A DNA stretch of 64,000 nucleotides, taken from Pirellulales bacterium (lineage in GTDB: Bacteria > Planctomycetota > Planctomycetia > Pirellulales > PALSA-1355). Shown here one piece after another: positions 39,739 through 50,180 of this stretch. Both the position numbers and the translations under genes were made by a program. The first letter of the stretch is position 1. Each line of letters starts with the position of its first letter. The notes under the pieces are model-generated. The model was not told the DNA's origin and searched no databases. It saw nothing but the letters and a program-made list of their open reading frames with translations. The stretch is taken from assembly GCA_963733035.1 (NCBI GenBank), contig CAVTBU010000009.1, positions 280,022-344,021 on the forward strand, in the 5' to 3' direction.

Positions 39739-42700
39739 TTAAGTCATCGCCAGAGCCGCACTCTCAGGCCGCGCATTTGCAGCCGTAATGCCTTGGTCGA
39801 CCAATTTCAGAACGCGCCGTCGCGCCGCGTCGCTCCAGACAAAGGAAAATTCCTCAGCGGTGCGCAGGAAATGGAGTGTCAAACTTGCCGGAGGGGTCTT
39901 CAATATACGTTCGGTCGCCAAACCATACAGAAGCATTTGCATTTCGTAAGCGGACGCTTGACGTGCGACGCCCTGAGTACCAATCACGTTCGTCTTAAAA
40001 TCGAGCACGTGCCAGGCTCCACGGTCGTCCTGATAAAGGCGATCGAGATACCCCCGCAAGGCCACGTCCCCCGCCCGCGGGCCGCTGTCTGGCCAAGCGA
40101 GCAGAAATTCGATTTCAGCGTGGGAACGCTCACTCGCGGCGATATGCCTTGCCCGCGGAGTAGCGGCAAAACGCTCAATCATTTCAACCGCGGCTTCCAC
40201 CTGCTCGGGCCGATCCGGCAGATGTTGTTCGGCAAAATGCTCGACGAGCGAGCGCACGTCGACCTGTCGAGTGAAATCCATCACGGCCAACACTGCGTGC
40301 ACAAGCGTTCCCAAACCGCGCGGATCGGGGGAATTCGGCCGCCCCACCGCCACTTCGTCCAGTCGCTCGAACCTGCGGTGCAACTGACCCGACAATCGTG
40401 AAAAAGAGTATTGGCGGCGCGCCGACGGGTCAGGCAAGATTGGCTCCACCGCCGTTCGCACGGCCGACTCGCTGGCCGGGACTTTCGCCATCCGCTGAGT
40501 GAGTTCCGAAATATCCACTTTCGGCCGACGTTTGGACCCAGGTTTGGAAAGTTGTGGTTCCTCGTTCGTGACTTTCACTTTAGGCCGTTTCATGCCGGCG
40601 GGCATTTCGCCGATGAACTTTCCACTCTGTAGGTCGAAGCGCCGGCCAAGCAGTTTCATCCACGGGGAGCGGTCGTCACCGACGGTATTTACGCCAGTCG
40701 AGAGGATCAGATGGTCGGCAGCACGCGTCGTGGCAACGTATAGCAACCGATTCATTTCGGCCGCCTCCTCTCCCTTTTCCGCAAACCGCCACAGGTCGTA
40801 GCCGCACACGCCGCTCTCCTGATCGTCGCTGGAGGGAGCCCGCACCAGCGGGCCGAGATCCGCGTCCAGGTGCACCCGATCGGCCCCTCCGTGTGGAACG
40901 CGATTCATGTCTGGCACCACGACGATCGGGAATTCCAAGCCCTTGGACTGATGAATTGACATCAGCCGCACGACATTCGTGTCCTCCGAATGGGTCGCCG
41001 CCAGCGGTTCGTCGGGCTGGCGGACCACAAACTCCGAGAGCTGCGCGATGAAATCGGCCAGCCCCAAGAAATCTCCCTTTTGAAAACTACGAGCCTGTTC
41101 CTGCAGCTTGAGCAAATTCGCCAATTTGCGCTCGCCCAGGAATTCATTGAGCAGAACGGCGTCATAGCCCGTTAGACTCAACGCCAATTCGATCAATTCT
41201 GAAATTCGCAACCGGTCCTTGCAGGCCCGCAAATGTTCGATCGTCTGCGCGGCATAAGCGGCTTGTCGACGTTGAGCCGCGGACATTTCGTCGCGGAACT
41301 CGCCGCTCGCCAGTCCTCCCGGCACTCCGCCAGGGTGCTGTGCCAACCAGAAAATCGACTCATCCGATAGCGAAAAGAATGGACTCCGCAGCGCGCCGAT
41401 TAGGCTGACGACATCGGCCGCACTGTTGAGCGATCGTAATAGATTCAGCAGATCGAAGATTTCCTGCTGGGCGTAGAATGCATGCCCGCCCACGAGATAA
41501 TAGTCGATTTCATACTCGCGCAGTGCCGCCTCATAGGCTTCGACGTTCGTCAGCGCCCGCAGCAAGATTGCCATATCGCCAAATCGAGCCGCGCGTGCGG
41601 CGGGCTTCCCGTTCGCCGCGGCGTCGGTATCCCACACGACCGGCTCACCGGAATCAAGGATCGATCGCAAGCGTTTGGCAATCCAACGGGCTTCGCGGCG
41701 GCGCTGGACGTCGACCGACTCCTTCTCGCCACTCGCGTTCGCCGCCCAGAGAAACTCCACCGCGGGCTCGGGACTGACCTGGTCGCGTTGCGGCTCAAGC
41801 GGCTCGTAGTTGGCTCCTAGATCATGCCAAAACAAAGCATTGACGAACTGCAGAATAGCCGGTTGACTACGAAAATTGAGCGTGAGTCGCTGTTGACCGT
41901 CCTGCGGCGTGCGACTCCGCAGGTCGGCAAATACGTGCGGCTTCGCGCCACGAAAGCGATAAATCGATTGCTTGTGGTCGCCGACAAAGAAGAGCTTTCC
42001 CGTCGACAGCTCCTCGCCGCAAAGGGCCTTGACCAGTTCGACCTGGAGGGGATCGGTGTCTTGAAACTCGTCGACCAGCAGCAATGTGATCTTGGACCCC
42101 AGCTGGCGCGCCACGTCATTCTCGCCATCCGCCAGCAGCGCTGTTGTTCGAACCAGCAGGTCGCCAAAATCGAGCACGCGCAGCTCGGCCTTACGCACGC
42201 TATAGGATTGATACACTTCGTCGGCGATTCGCAATAGCTGGCTGCCGAGTTGGGCGGCGGGCAGCGCTGCCGCCGAGTCAAAGGCAGCAAGTTCCGCAAA
42301 AGCGTCCACTTGCTTTCGAAGTGCGGTCGCCGCATTCCGAAATGATTCGTAGATCTCCTTGCTCGCCCAGGCCTTTGGGCCACCGCCCCCCTGCACGCGC
42401 GCATTGCAGTCGATCTGATCGAATCGTTCCGCGAGCGAATCGTCGCCGGAGAATTCCTCGAGCGAACCCAGTGCCTCCAAGAGCGACGTTCGCCGCTGTT
42501 GCATCGTGGCCTGGCTGGGGATGTTTTCTCGGAGGATCTGCAAGACGCGTTGGGAGTCGTTGGAGCCCGCGACTTGTGCGGCGATTTTGGGTTTTAGTTG
42601 GGCGAAAAACTCCGACCAATGCTCGACAATCGTATCTGGTGCGACATCGCGCCACGCGTCGAGCAACTGCGGCGTTGCCTCCAGCACAAACTGGCGCACC

Positions 42701-43242
42701 ATCGCTCGCAAGCCGTCCAGGCCAAACTGCACGGACAATTCGAGCGTGTTCTCGTCTCGTTCGCTGATAAGTCGGCGGACCTCGTCGTCGATCGATTCGG
42801 ACAACAAGGTGTCCGCCTGGGCCTGTTCAAGCACGGTAAACTGCGGATCCAGTGCAGCCTCGACGGCATGTATTCGCAACAGCGACGCGCAAAACGCGTG
42901 AATCGTGCTGATCCGGGCGTTGTCCAATGCCCGCAACAACTGGGCCCAATAGTCGGCGTCCGCGACGGCGGCGGATTGAAGACGGTCGTAGCAACGTCGG
43001 CGGATTCGATCGCGCATCTCGCGCGCGGCCCGATCGGTGAACGTGATGGCCACCAGTTGCCCGATCTGCTCGGGATGGAGCGACGCCGGATCGTGGGGAT
43101 CCAAATGCGATAAGTACCGCTCCGTCAACACGAGGGTCTTTCCACATCCGGCCCCGGCAGACAAGGAAACCGAGACGTGCCGTGTGTTGACGGCCGCATG
43201 CTGCTGATCGGTAAGATTGGGCGCGTTCTTTTGCGCAGTCAT
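39739..43242 (-). CDS. addA: AddA-like UvrD helicase with a C-terminal PD-(D/E)xK nuclease
   Basis: AGAGCGKT, ITFTDRAA, VDEFQDTD, GDHKQSIYRFRGA, HQSKGLEF, LYVATTRA, GTLVH, GYLDRL, LDFKT. ATGA overlap with the upstream addB-like gene. Confidence 0.85.
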   Translation of the reverse strand: MTAQKNAPNLTDQQHAAVNTRHVSVSLSAGAGCGKTLVLTERYLSHLDPHDPASLHPEQIGQLVAITFTDRAAREMRDRIRRRCYDRLQSAAVADADYWAQLLRALDNARISTIHAFCASLLRIHAVEAALDPQFTVLEQAQADTLLSESIDDEVRRLISERDENTLELSVQFGLDGLRAMVRQFVLEATPQLLDAWRDVAPDTIVEHWSEFFAQLKPKIAAQVAGSNDSQRVLQILRENIPSQATMQQRRTSLLEALGSLEEFSGDDSLAERFDQIDCNARVQGGGGPKAWASKEIYESFRNAATALRKQVDAFAELAAFDSAAALPAAQLGSQLLRIADEVYQSYSVRKAELRVLDFGDLLVRTTALLADGENDVARQLGSKITLLLVDEFQDTDPLQVELVKALCGEELSTGKLFFVGDHKQSIYRFRGAKPHVFADLRSRTPQDGQQRLTLNFRSQPAILQFVNALFWHDLGANYEPLEPQRDQVSPEPAVEFLWAANASGEKESVDVQRRREARWIAKRLRSILDSGEPVVWDTDAAANGKPAARAARFGDMAILLRALTNVEAYEAALREYEIDYYLVGGHAFYAQQEIFDLLNLLRSLNSAADVVSLIGALRSPFFSLSDESIFWLAQHPGGVPGGLASGEFRDEMSAAQRRQAAYAAQTIEHLRACKDRLRISELIELALSLTGYDAVLLNEFLGERKLANLLKLQEQARSFQKGDFLGLADFIAQLSEFVVRQPDEPLAATHSEDTNVVRLMSIHQSKGLEFPIVVVPDMNRVPHGGADRVHLDADLGPLVRAPSSDDQESGVCGYDLWRFAEKGEEAAEMNRLLYVATTRAADHLILSTGVNTVGDDRSPWMKLLGRRFDLQSGKFIGEMPAGMKRPKVKVTNEEPQLSKPGSKRRPKVDISELTQRMAKVPASESAVRTAVEPILPDPSARRQYSFSRLSGQLHRRFERLDEVAVGRPNSPDPRGLGTLVHAVLAVMDFTRQVDVRSLVEHFAEQHLPDRPEQVEAAVEMIERFAATPRARHIAASERSHAEIEFLLAWPDSGPRAGDVALRGYLDRLYQDDRGAWHVLDFKTNVIGTQGVARQASAYEMQMLLYGLATERILKTPPASLTLHFLRTAEEFSFVWSDAARRRVLKLVDQGITAANARPESAALAMT

Positions 43243-46200
43243 GCCGGCGGCACCTCGGGCGGCTCCCAATGCTTCTCCAGCGAACGCACCTGATTGACCC
43301 GGCACACGCTGCGGTAGTCGCAATAGCTGGTGCATTTGTCGTCGGCGCTATGCATTGGAAACTGACCTCGCCGAATCCCTTCAATTAACGAGCGGATTCT
43401 CGGCTTGATTGCCGCCTCCAGTATTTCCCATTCCTCACAGGCCTGCAGCCGGCCCCCGGCGGCCATCCGGAACTTCACCGCCTCTTTCTCTTGATAGCCC
43501 TTGCCGGCAACGTGCCAATAGGCCGCCCGGAACGGCGTGACACTGTTTCCTTCAAGCAAGCGTTCCGCCGCAAGTGCATAGAGCGGCAATTGAAACGACT
43601 GTCCTTGCATCACAGACTTCAAACTCGTACGCGTCGAACTTTGGCCGCTCTTGTAGTCGACGACGGTAAAGACGGCTGAATCCGCGATTCGGCCGAGGTC
43701 AATCCGGTCGATGCGGCCGGCAAAGCGAATCGTCTCGCCTCCGCAATCAAGTTCGAACGGTTCCAAAGTGGAGAGCGGATCGCATTCGTCTGGAAGTGAC
43801 TCCGCGTCCGGCGCCTCGTCGTCCCGGTGGCGGGGACCAAAGGACACCTCGAAATGGGCAGGCCGCGGCGGAAGGTCCCACTCGGTCCACTGTTGATCGT
43901 AGGCGGCGTGCTGGCGGAGGTACCGCTCGAGCCATGAAATGATTTTGCGGACGTCGATCTCGCGCAATCCGCTGTCAAGCGTGTCGCCGCTACCTCGCCT
44001 ACGCAACTCGCTGACGGCCGACTCAACCAGCGCAGCAAAGCGCTCGAGCCGCGAGCCCGTGGGCGACGCATGTCCACCCGACGCGCCGTTGAGCTCTCGG
44101 TGGACCGAAGATAGCAGCCAGTGCAGCATCTGTCCGCGCCGTTGATAGTCGGTTTCCAGCTCCGGTTCGCCCACGGCCTCAAGTCGCAGTACGTTGCTCA
44201 TGAAAAACTGGAAAGGGCAGTAGGCATACTTTTCGAGTTGACTGGGACTCCAGCAGCGCTCGGCCCCGTACCGGGCCGTTAGCGCGGCGCCAGCGGCCGG
44301 TGACGTGAGCATTCCCTCAAAGGGCCCAAATCTGCCTTCGAGAAACCGCGCATCAGAAGCCCGCAAGCCGGCCAGAATGTTGGCCGCGGTCTGCCGCGTT
44401 GAAGGATGAGCGCACAGTTCACCCAACAATCCGTCGTCTTGCGCCAGTGCGTTGGCGACTGCCCGCACGCGAAAATCGCGCAGGCTGCGCACATCATCCG
44501 TCTGGGGAACACTGGCCAGATGCGGCTGCCCGTTGCGCGGGATTCGCCCCACGCCGCAAGCCTGCTCGACTTCGCTCAAATAGGGGCTGGCAACCAGCGG
44601 TTGCGCGGCCGCGTCGAGCGCCGGATAACTCAACACCAACTTTTTCGTGGCGCGTGTGACCACCTCGTAAAACAACAGCATTTCAAAGCGGCTGCGCAAC
44701 TCGTGCGAGGGAAGGGGCAAGCCGCCGGCTCCCCACCGCCGCGCGTCGGCATCGCTATAGACGCAATCGTCTCGATTCGGAGGCGGAAACGCGCGTTCCG
44801 AGAGCCCGGCCACGAAAACGTGGGGCGCCGACAAGCCCCGCACGCTTTCGGCTGACAACACGCGAACGCAACCGGTCTCATCACTCGCCCGTGGCAACGC
44901 TTCGGTCTGTACCAGGTCTTTGATCAGCTTCAGGAACTCGTGTCGCGACCTACGCGGCGGCGGTTGAGCCGTCCAACGAGCCAAGCGCTCCGACTCCGCC
45001 AAGATTGCCTGTAGTCGCTGCCATGCCTCGCGATCCTCTGCTTCGGTGACCGCGCCCGCCGCATCCTCGTCCGTGGGGTGAATCATCCCGAGTTCAACAC
45101 CCAAGTCGTCGATGGCCCGAGCCCACTCGCGGCTGGTCGCCTGACTCGGCAATCGATCGAGTGCTTCGGCAATCCGCCGCGCTAGTGGCCCGCCCACCTG
45201 TGCGGCGAGTTGCCTCTTCGACAAGCGCGCCTTGGCGGCCAGCGCCTCGCGAGCTCGCTCTTCGTGCCATGCGATACTTCTGAGCAACGCCTCTCGGCCG
45301 GACGGTATTTCAAGTTCGCGCACCAATCTTTCCAGCGAGACGGCCGCGGCGCCCTGCTGCCACTCGGGCCACTTTGGTTGAAAGTGGTTCTGCGCGATCG
45401 CCGCAAGCAAGTCTCGAAAGGGCCAGTCCTCCGCGTCGAGCTGAAGCCAGGCAAACAAGGCGTGAATGATGGGCGACGATTCGAGCGGCGGCGCTGACGC
45501 CACGACGTTCGGAATGCCGAAGCGTCCAAAGGTTTCTGTCACGAGCGGTCCCACCTCGCCAAGCGAGCGAAATACCACCAGGATGTCCTCGGCGGGCACT
45601 TTCGCGTCGCTGTCACCGTCGGTTAGGAGTCGCTTGATTCGAGCGGCGATCTGTTCGATTTCATGCGTCACACCCGCCGCGGCCAGGATTTCGATGTCCG
45701 TCGCCTCGGCCATCGGCTGCGCTTGCCGAGGATTGCCAAACAAGCCGCGCTCCAAATGAGCCAGGGACGGTGGCAATTCATGCCCGGGCAGCAATTGCTC
45801 GACTTCAAGTCCGGGGTGCCGACGCCTGAGCTCCTCCAGCGTGAGGCGAACCTTTTCAAACACATCCTGCCGCCGGCCACCTTCTTCCCACGGGAGCGAT
45901 ATCGTCAACGATTCAGCGCGGGCGGCAAGCAATTCCAACACGTCGTGCTCGGTGCGGGTGAAGTCAGTAAAGCCGTCGACGAAGACGTGACGCACGGCTG
46001 GGAACGCTTCCCAGTGATCTTCCTTCAACAGTTGTCGAGCCACCCAGAACTGCCCTTGCGCATCGTACAGTTGATGGGTGGTCAGCAAGTCCTGATATGC
46101 CTGATAGAGCCCGCACAACTCACGGTCTTTTTTCGGCGCGCGCGGACCCTGGGCCCTTGCCAATTCCTCGGGCCAAATCTCCAATCGCTTCAGTTCGCGG

Positions 46201-46586
46201 ACGAATCCCACCAGCAGATCGAGGAAGCCGGGAGCAGCGGCAATCGGCGCGAAGTAATCGAGCCGCCCATCGGCAAGTGCCTCGTCGATCAGGCGCCGCA
46301 GGGTCACGCGCGTCTGCAGCGGTGACATTGGACGCATCGCTGGCGCCGCCGCGGCAAGCACGCGGGTGGCAAGCTGATTGAACGTGAGCAAGTTGGGGCC
46401 CAGACAACCGACCAGCGTGCCATCCAGCAGGCGCGTGGAAACGGAACTCGCAGCCCGGTGCGTTGGGCTAATCCAAAGCGCACCACCGATTGGCCCATTG
46501 CTTAGGCATTGCCGATACGCGCAAAGCAGCCGTGCGGTTTTGCCAGACCGAGCCGGGCCCGCAATCACGACAACCTTGTGCGACAT
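43239..46586 (-). CDS. addB: AddB-like PD-(D/E)xK nuclease subunit with 4Fe-4S staple cysteines
   Basis: GPARSGKT, VDGFTDFT, WSPSQLEKYAYCPFQFF, GRIDRID, VDYKS, QLPLY, CTSYCDYRSVC. Confidence 0.85.
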   Translation of the reverse strand: MSHKVVVIAGPARSGKTARLLCAYRQCLSNGPIGGALWISPTHRAASSVSTRLLDGTLVGCLGPNLLTFNQLATRVLAAAAPAMRPMSPLQTRVTLRRLIDEALADGRLDYFAPIAAAPGFLDLLVGFVRELKRLEIWPEELARAQGPRAPKKDRELCGLYQAYQDLLTTHQLYDAQGQFWVARQLLKEDHWEAFPAVRHVFVDGFTDFTRTEHDVLELLAARAESLTISLPWEEGGRRQDVFEKVRLTLEELRRRHPGLEVEQLLPGHELPPSLAHLERGLFGNPRQAQPMAEATDIEILAAAGVTHEIEQIAARIKRLLTDGDSDAKVPAEDILVVFRSLGEVGPLVTETFGRFGIPNVVASAPPLESSPIIHALFAWLQLDAEDWPFRDLLAAIAQNHFQPKWPEWQQGAAAVSLERLVRELEIPSGREALLRSIAWHEERAREALAAKARLSKRQLAAQVGGPLARRIAEALDRLPSQATSREWARAIDDLGVELGMIHPTDEDAAGAVTEAEDREAWQRLQAILAESERLARWTAQPPPRRSRHEFLKLIKDLVQTEALPRASDETGCVRVLSAESVRGLSAPHVFVAGLSERAFPPPNRDDCVYSDADARRWGAGGLPLPSHELRSRFEMLLFYEVVTRATKKLVLSYPALDAAAQPLVASPYLSEVEQACGVGRIPRNGQPHLASVPQTDDVRSLRDFRVRAVANALAQDDGLLGELCAHPSTRQTAANILAGLRASDARFLEGRFGPFEGMLTSPAAGAALTARYGAERCWSPSQLEKYAYCPFQFFMSNVLRLEAVGEPELETDYQRRGQMLHWLLSSVHRELNGASGGHASPTGSRLERFAALVESAVSELRRRGSGDTLDSGLREIDVRKIISWLERYLRQHAAYDQQWTEWDLPPRPAHFEVSFGPRHRDDEAPDAESLPDECDPLSTLEPFELDCGGETIRFAGRIDRIDLGRIADSAVFTVVDYKSGQSSTRTSLKSVMQGQSFQLPLYALAAERLLEGNSVTPFRAAYWHVAGKGYQEKEAVKFRMAAGGRLQACEEWEILEAAIKPRIRSLIEGIRRGQFPMHSADDKCTSYCDYRSVCRVNQVRSLEKHWEPPEVPPA

Positions 46587-46852
46587 TCCATTGACCTCGG
46601 GTTGGGATGCGTCGCAGCGTGGTACGAACGGCACGAATGCTCACGAAAACGCGGCGGCGCTGAACGGCAACCGACGCCTTGCAAACGCGGTTCCGTTGCA
46701 TTTGCTTCAGTTGGACTGGACAAATGCCTACTATAGCGCATGGCGGAGGGCAGGCAAAGCGGCTTGCGCCCTGCCCCTCAAAGGTGTCGTTGCAGAGCGT
46801 TCGCGGCACGGCGACATGTCAGGGGGAACCTCAGAAAACGGAAAGTTCCTGT

Positions 46853-46881
46853 TTGACAGCCTTTTGGCGAGCCGTTAAATT
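46853..46881 (+). promoter_or_regulatory. sigma70-type promoter of the DUF1559 gene
   Basis: TTGACA (46853-46858), N17, TAAATT (46876-46881); RBS GGAGGTG before ATG 46975. Confidence 0.65.
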
Positions 46882-46974
46882 ACGAGCATCTACTGTGCGG
46901 CTCCCTATTTATGGCGAGCGGCTCAAACAGGCGTCTCATTTTCTCATCGTTTTCCTTTCTCACGGAGGTGACGC

Positions 46975-48357
46975 ATGGTCACCAAATCAAAGATGCGAGG
47001 GTTTACCCTCGTCGAGCTATTGGTGGTGATTGCCATCATCGGCGTGCTGGTCGCGCTATTGTTGCCGGCCATTCAGGCGGCCCGCGAAGCTGCCCGCCGC
47101 AATTCGTGCCAGAACAAGCTCAAGCAACTGGCAACGGCATTCCAGAACCACCATGACGTAAACAAGACCTTTCCCCTGGAAACAATGACCAATCCGAGCG
47201 TCAACGGTTCGTTTCCCGGGGGTACGGTGTCGCAGACCTTCGTGCCGAACTTGTACTTCGGCATTCCCGGTTCAACAGTGGGCTCTTCTTCGGGGTCCCC
47301 GCAGGCTGGCTATAGTTGGATGGTGCGGCTGTTGCCGTTCATCGAACAGAACGTGATGTATCAAAATATCAGCAACGTTTCCAACAAGTTCGCTTTCCCG
47401 GCCATGCTGAGGCAGGGTGGTTTCAACGGTGCGGGCGCCACCGCCGGACTTGGCCTGCGATTCAACTCGGGAGGCCTGTCCACGGCGCCGTGGTGGCGGC
47501 CGTTTTGCACGCAGCAGCTCGACGAGGTACGCTGCCCGAGTTATGCCGGCGAACCCATTTCGGATATGGGTGGAGGCACAACGGGACCAACCGGATATCA
47601 ACAGTTTTTGCTTCAAAACATGCCCGAATACAACAGCTGGAAAATGCAGAACCCGCAGCCTCCGGACTGGGGCGTGGCGATAACGAACTACAAGGCAATG
47701 TGCGCGACCCACATGGCCTGCATGCAGAATCCGACGACGCCGTCCTTCACCACCAACACCATGAATAATGTGCTGGAACTTCCAAACGGTGTCATCGTGC
47801 CGCCGCGCAACCAGTCCAGCAAAGGCAACGGTATTCGCTCGATTACCGATGGCACGTCGAAGACGATTCTTTTGGCCGAGAGTAAGGAGCAAACAATCTC
47901 GTCCTGGTACGATGGGACGACCGCCTGGGTAGTCGCCATTCCAACTGGAGATCTCACGACGACCACCGTCTTGAGCAATTTTACCACCTCCCAGTATAAG
48001 CCAGCGCAACCTAGAAAGTCTGCGGGCACTTCAAGTGGTAGTGCAACTCAGACTTTCTTCTGGAACCTGTCGGTTACTTCAGGAGTTACCGGAGCCATTT
48101 CCGGGATCAACTATGGTCCCAAAACGGATCCCCGGCAATTCTTCTGCAAACGCGCGATGCCGAATATTTCGAGCCTGGAAATCGTCAACAATGCTTGGGC
48201 GTGGGGCCCCAGCAGCGACCACACGGGAGATTTGGCGTTGCATTGTTGGGCCGACTCGCACGTTTCACCCTTGACCGCCGATATTGATCCGAGTCTGTAC
48301 ATGCAGCTTGTGACCCGCGCGGGCCACGAGCCGGTCACGGACCCCAACAACCAGTAG
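46975..48357 (+). CDS. DUF1559 protein with a prepilin-type N-terminal cleavage/methylation motif
   Basis: [70 protein letters not shown], and C-terminal SDHTG...ADSHV. Confidence 0.95.
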   Translation: MVTKSKMRGFTLVELLVVIAIIGVLVALLLPAIQAAREAARRNSCQNKLKQLATAFQNHHDVNKTFPLETMTNPSVNGSFPGGTVSQTFVPNLYFGIPGSTVGSSSGSPQAGYSWMVRLLPFIEQNVMYQNISNVSNKFAFPAMLRQGGFNGAGATAGLGLRFNSGGLSTAPWWRPFCTQQLDEVRCPSYAGEPISDMGGGTTGPTGYQQFLLQNMPEYNSWKMQNPQPPDWGVAITNYKAMCATHMACMQNPTTPSFTTNTMNNVLELPNGVIVPPRNQSSKGNGIRSITDGTSKTILLAESKEQTISSWYDGTTAWVVAIPTGDLTTTTVLSNFTTSQYKPAQPRKSAGTSSGSATQTFFWNLSVTSGVTGAISGINYGPKTDPRQFFCKRAMPNISSLEIVNNAWAWGPSSDHTGDLALHCWADSHVSPLTADIDPSLYMQLVTRAGHEPVTDPNNQ

Positions 48358-48398
48358 TCGCTGTTGGTTGAGAGTTGTGCTGTTCATTTGATTCGAAT

Positions 48399-48438
48399 CG
48401 GGCTGCTCCGGAGTCGACGACACGGAGCAGCCCGTTTT
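48399..48438 (+). terminator. Rho-independent terminator after the DUF1559 gene
   Basis: CGGGCTGCTCCG, 12-nt loop, CGGAGCAGCCCG (perfect 12-bp stem), followed by TTTT. Confidence 0.75.
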
Positions 48439-48465
48439 GCTTTACCTCATCACGGTGCCGCCCCC

Positions 48466-48802
48466 ATGGCGAATGATCTACCGCTTGAAATCTCCTGCCA
48501 GGACGTGCGCGCCCGCCAGCAGTCGGGCCACGGGACGATTCTCCTCGACTGCCGCGAACCCGACGAATTCGCGGCCGCTAAAATCAGCGGGGCGCAGCTC
48601 ATTCCCATGGGGCAGATCCCCGAGCGACTGGCGGAGCTGCAATCGTATCGCGAACAGCCAATTGTCATCCATTGCCATCACGGCGGCCGCAGCCTGCGGG
48701 TGGCAAAATGGCTGCGAGAGCAAGGCTTTCACGGCGCAGAGCATGGCTGGCGGCATCGATCAGTGGTCGCAGGAAATCGATCCTGGCGTGCCGCGGTACT
48801 AA
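48466..48802 (+). CDS. Rhodanese-like domain protein (frameshift at about 48733-48738)
   Basis: LLDCREPDEF, IPMGQI, active-site HCHHGGRS; the C-terminus QSMAGGIDQWSQEIDPGVPRY is in another frame. Confidence 0.88.
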
Positions 48803-48814
48803 TGTCAGCCGACG

Positions 48815-50180
48815 CTAGCGCCCCCCCTTGGCGTATTTGTTGATCCTTAGCTTGGCGCTGATTTCGGCTTTTAACCGCTGCAGCACCGACTGCTTGTCCG
48901 TGGCTTCGAGAATCCGCGAAACAACGGCTTTGGGCGCCTCGCCGCCCCAAGATGCGCCGTGCTCAAAGTAGTACTTGGCTGCTTGACCCACGATATACGA
49001 TCCGTAGCCGGCCGCCGCGCCCTGCGGTAGCGCGGTCAGCGCGGTGCCGGTGCCAAAGGTCAGTCCCTTGAACAGCGTCGCCGCCAGATGCGTCGCCATC
49101 TCCCCCAAGACAACCCAGCCGGCCGCCTTGAGAATCGACTCGATAAGCTGCCGGGCATTGTTCCAGGTGAGCGAGATGCCGTAGACGTGGGCCAATGTCA
49201 CCACCATGGTCACGTCAATGGCGCTGCCCCCGAGCACGTCGGCCGCCGGCACCGGGTTCAGCGCCACGCCAATCGACTTCATGGCGGCGTAGCTCCAGAT
49301 GATGGCCGTGGCCTGCTCATTGCGCATTTCGACCCGCTTGCTGGCGATCGCATCGGTCCGATCGGCCGCATACATGGCGGCGTTGAGTGCCACCAGAGCT
49401 TTGCCGTCGCGCTCGAGCAGATCGAGAATCCGCAGCTTGAGCGTCTCGACCTGGGGCGGGGGCTGACGCGTTTCACTCGTGATCGAACCGTCGGAACGCT
49501 CGATCACGTACTCACGCGGCAGCGGGTCGGCGATCGTCTCGATAATGTCGTCCGGCGCCACGGTGCCGCGGAGGCGTTCGGCAAGAACCTCGCGCAATTG
49601 GCGACGCTGCTCGGCCGTGTAGTTGTCGACCTTGTTCAGCACCAGAATGATTGGTTTGTGGCCTTCGGCCAACAGTTTTACCGCCTGGTATTCGGTGTGG
49701 TTCAAGTCCGAATCGGTCACGAACAGAATCAAATCGGCCCGGGCTGCCGCGTCGTGAGCAATCGTGGCCCGCTCCGCTCCGTCCACCTCATTGATACCGG
49801 GCGTGTCGATGAGGACGACCTCCGACTCTTCGAAACCGGGCACGACATAGCCGCTGCCCCCCCACGACGCGCCAGACGTCTTTCGTCCAACCACCGCGAA
49901 CGTCGACCTCGGCCACGGCCTTACCGACCAGCGCGTTGATCAGAGCGCTTTTGCCGGTGTCGATCTCGCCAAAGATCACGATCTCGACGTGCCCCATTTC
50001 CAGCTTGCGCGAAATTGCCTCCAGCTCGGCCAGTTCGCGACCGAGCTTCTCCTTCTCGGCCTTACTGCAGCCTCCAAATTGGGCAATGCCGTGTTGCACA
50101 CTGGCCATTGCCTGGGTGTAGGCCCGGTGGTGTCGGTCCGCCGCGGCCGACTGCTCGTCGAATGCCGGTTGCTCGGTCAT
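48815..50180 (-). CDS. Era-like GTPase with a DUF697/YcjF-like C-terminal domain, no N-terminal TM (frameshift at about 49857-49866)
   Basis: G1 FGEIDTGKS, G2 GGWT, G3 DTPG, G4 NKVD, then NPVPAADVLGG and QGAAAGYGSYIVG. Confidence 0.85.

Noticed and set aside
39739..46586. Helicase-nuclease pair considered as a novel anti-phage system
   Set aside because: The architecture (AddB-like with Fe-S staple, coupled to an AddA-like helicase-nuclease) and the housekeeping context match the standard AddAB recombination complex.
12191..46586. Concentration of DNA-repair genes (polX, pcrA, mfd, addAB) as a single repair island
   Set aside because: They are spread over about 34 kb on both strands with unrelated genes between them, and I saw no shared operator.
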